From assembly GCA_963832165.1 (NCBI GenBank), contig CAWHTE010000011.1, forward strand, positions 320,001 to 384,000: DNA of 64,000 nucleotides, written 5' to 3'. Source of the DNA: an uncultured delta proteobacterium (GTDB taxonomy: Bacteria > Myxococcota_A > UBA9160 > SMWR01). Position 1 is the first letter of the stretch. Each line of letters opens with the position of its first letter. Positions 61,212 to 64,000 of the stretch are shown here, piece by piece. Both the position numbers and the translations under genes were made by a program. The notes below the pieces were generated by a model, which saw only the letters and a list, made by a program, of their open reading frames with translations, was not told where the DNA came from and did no database searches.

Positions 61212-64000
61212 GCGGGCTCCCAGCGCAGGTCGAGCGTCATCGCGTGTTGCGGATTGTGCTCGGGCGGCGGCACCGCGACCGCACCCGGCGTATGTCCGAA
61301 CGGCGCGAAGCGCTCGCGGCGGCGCGCCTCCGCCTCGTTCGCGTTCACGGGGAACTTGTCGTAGCTGCGTCCGCCCGGGTGCGCGACGTGATAGGTGCAG
61401 CCGCCGAGCGACCGCCCGGACGCGGTGTCGATCACGTCGAACACGAGCGGCGCGTGGACCGGAATGGTCGGGTGCAGTGCGGAGGGCGGCTGCCACGCGC
61501 GGTAGCGCACGCCCGCGACGTACTCGCCCGCCACCCCGGTGGGGTGGAGCGGGAGCCGGCGGCCGTTGCACGCGAGCACGGTGCGCTCGGAGAGCAGTCC
61601 GCACACGCGCACCTGGAGGCGTTCCACCGAGGAGTCCACGTACCGCACGGTACCACCGGCGCCGGGCTCCTCGCCGAGCACGTGCCAGGGCTCGATCGCG
61701 TGGCGCAGCTCGATCTCGATCCCGCGCGGCGCCACCGTGCCGATCTTCGGGAAGCGGAACTCGAAGTGCGTGTCGAACCACGCGCGCTCGAACGCATACC
61801 CCGCGCGCGCGAGCTCCTCGAGCACGAGCCGGAAGTCGTCGTCGATGAAGTGCGGCAAAAGGAAGCGGTCGTGCAGCAGATCGCCCCAGCGCGCCGGGCG
61901 CTCGCGATAGGGCTCGCGCCAGAAGCGCGCCACGAGTGCGCGCACGAGCAGCTGCTGCGCGAGGCTCATGCGCGCGTGCGGCGGCATCTCGAACGCGCGC
62001 ATCTCCACGAGACCGAGGCGTCCGGTCGCGCTCTCGGGTGCGTAGAGCTTGTCGATGCAGAATTCGGAGCGATGCGTGTTGCCCGTGACGTCGGCGAGCA
62101 GGTGGCGGAACACGCGGTCGACGAGCCACGGCGGGCAGTGACCCTCGCCCGGCATCGGCACCTGTTGGAACGCGATCTCGAGCTCGTAGACGGCGTCGCT
62201 GCGCGCCTCGTCCACGCGCGGCGCCTGGCTCGTGGGGCCCACGAAGAGTCCCGAGAAGAGATAGGAGAGCGAGGGATGATTCAACCAGTAGGCGACGAAG
62301 CTGCGCAGCAGGTCCGGGCGGCGCAGGAACGGACTGTCCGCGGGTGACGGTCCGCCCAGCACGACATGATTGCCGCCGCCGGTTCCGGAATGGCGGCCGT
62401 CGAGCATGAACTTCTCGGTCGACAGGCGCAGCGCGCGGGCGTCGGCGTAGAGCTGCGTGGTCTCGTCGGCGAGCTCGCGCCAGCTCGCGGCGGGCCGCAC
62501 GTTCACCTCGAGCACGCCGGGATCGGGCGTGACGCTCATCTTCTCGATGCGCGGATCGAACGGCATCGGATAGCCCTCGAGCACGACGGCCGTGCCGAGC
62601 GCGTGCCGCGGTGTCCTCGATCGCGCTCGCCAGATCGAGATAGTCGTCGGCGCTCGCGAGCGGCGGCATGAACACGTGAATGTGTCCGTCGCGCACTTCC
62701 ACGCACAGCGCGGTGCGCACGATCCCGTCGGCGCCGACCGCACCCGGCGCTCGCGAGCGGGGCTGCGCCGCGCGCGCTGCGCTGCGCCCGCCCGAGGGCA
62801 GCGGGCCGCGGTCGGCGAGCGGGTCGACCGGCCAGACGCGGCGCCGCACTTCCTGCCGCTCCCACGGCAAGCTCTCGATCGGGAGCCGGAACCCGATCGG
62901 CGAATCGCCCGGGGTCAGCACGATGTGGCGCGCGCGCAGCATCCAGAGTCCGCTCTGCCACGCGGGCCCGCGCGGGCCGCGACGCGCGCTCGAGCGGAAG
63001 CACGGCGCCCGCCGGTGTCGCGAGGCCGCGCTCGAGCAGGCGGCGCAGCCGTGCGCGCTCTTCGGGCTCGTCGAGGCTGCGGTCGGCCGGATCGACGTTT
63101 GCGGGCAGCTTGCCCTCGGTGCGCAGGGCCTCCCAGGGGTCTTCGTACGCGGGCACGACGTGGTCGGGATCCACCTCGAGGCGCAGTGCGAGCTCGCGCG
63201 CGAAGCGGTCGGCGTCGTCGGGTGTGCCGCTGCCCGGGTGCGCCGTGTCGGCGAAGAGCTTCGGATCGCGCCAGATCGGCACGCCGTCGCGGCGCCACCA
63301 GCACGTGAGCGCCCAGCGCGGCAGCGGCTCGTCCGGATACCACTTGCCCTGGCCGAAGTGGAGCAGCCCACCCGGCGCGAGCCGGTCGGTGATCCGGCGC
63401 AGCAGCCCCTCGCCGAGCTGCCGCTTGCGCGGTCCGAGCGCAGCGTATGTCCATTCCGTGCCGTCCATGTCGTCGGCCGCGACGAACGTGGGCTCGCCGC
63501 CCATCGTGAGGCGCACGTCGCTCTGCACGAGGTCCGCGTCGACCTGCTCGCCGAGTTCATCGATGCGCGCCCAGGTCGCGTCGTCGTAGGGCCGGGTGAC
63601 GCGCGGGTCTTCGCGCACGCGCTCGACGTGCATCTCGAACTCGAACTCCACGCCGCAGTCCTCGACGCCGCCCGAGAGCGGCGCGGCCGACGCCGGATCC
63701 GGCGCGGCGGCGAGCGGGATGTGGCCTTCGGCCGCGAGCATGCCCGACGTCGGGTCGAGGCCGACCCAGCCCGCGCCCGGGAGATAGGCCTCGGCCCACG
63801 CGTGCAGGTCGGTGAAGTCGCGCTCCGGTCCCGCGGCGCCTTCGAGCGGCGGCTCGTCGGGCTGGAGCTGGATCAGATATCCCGACACGAAGCGCGCCGC
63901 GAGGCCGAGGTGGCGCAACATCTGCACGAGCAGCCACGCGCTGTCGCGGCACGAGCCCGCGCGAAGCTCGAGCGTCTCCTCCGCGGTCTGCACACCGGGC
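61208..64000 (-). CDS. Transglutaminase + DUF2126 putative amidoligase (5'-truncated; frameshifts near 62990 and 62600)
   Basis: [55 protein letters not shown]. Confidence 0.88.

Overview
High-GC bacterial DNA. The gene style suggests Myxococcota/deltaproteobacteria, but this is inference only. The window falls into three parts. (i) 1-22 kb: housekeeping and metabolic genes (acyl-CoA synthetase, TetR with a Tat-exported serine hydrolase, PilZ protein, enoyl-CoA hydratase/LLM oxidoreductase, leuCD, tRNA-Pro(TGG), MscS, DUF475/TerC, a CHASE hybrid kinase-CorA-REC/HATPase operon, an IDH-family dehydrogenase). (ii) ~22-55.5 kb: a patchwork general-stress-type island (second FtsH, family 1 encapsulin with ferritin-like cargo and Fe-SOD, BON/OsmY, CsbD, ElaB/YqjE/YtxH-like proteins, AI-2E, cardiolipin synthase, ECF sigma, collagen-OmpA, many tiny membrane or lipoproteins, a CheB-CheR-PAS / PAS-HisKA_3 / NarL-type operon). 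About 15 copies of a 20-bp palindrome (WATCCN-NN-GATC-NN-NGGRTW) lie in its intergenic regions, and seven are followed 21-22 bp later by a TAGNNT -10-like hexamer. I interpret this as a self-contained regulon. (iii) 55.5-64 kb: methyltransferase, epimerase, cupin, and a DUF2126 / circularly permuted ATP-grasp-alpha-E / transglutaminase operon. About seven single-base frameshifts in otherwise intact genes (including leuC) most likely reflect sequencing error. All family names come from my own motif recognition, not from database searches.
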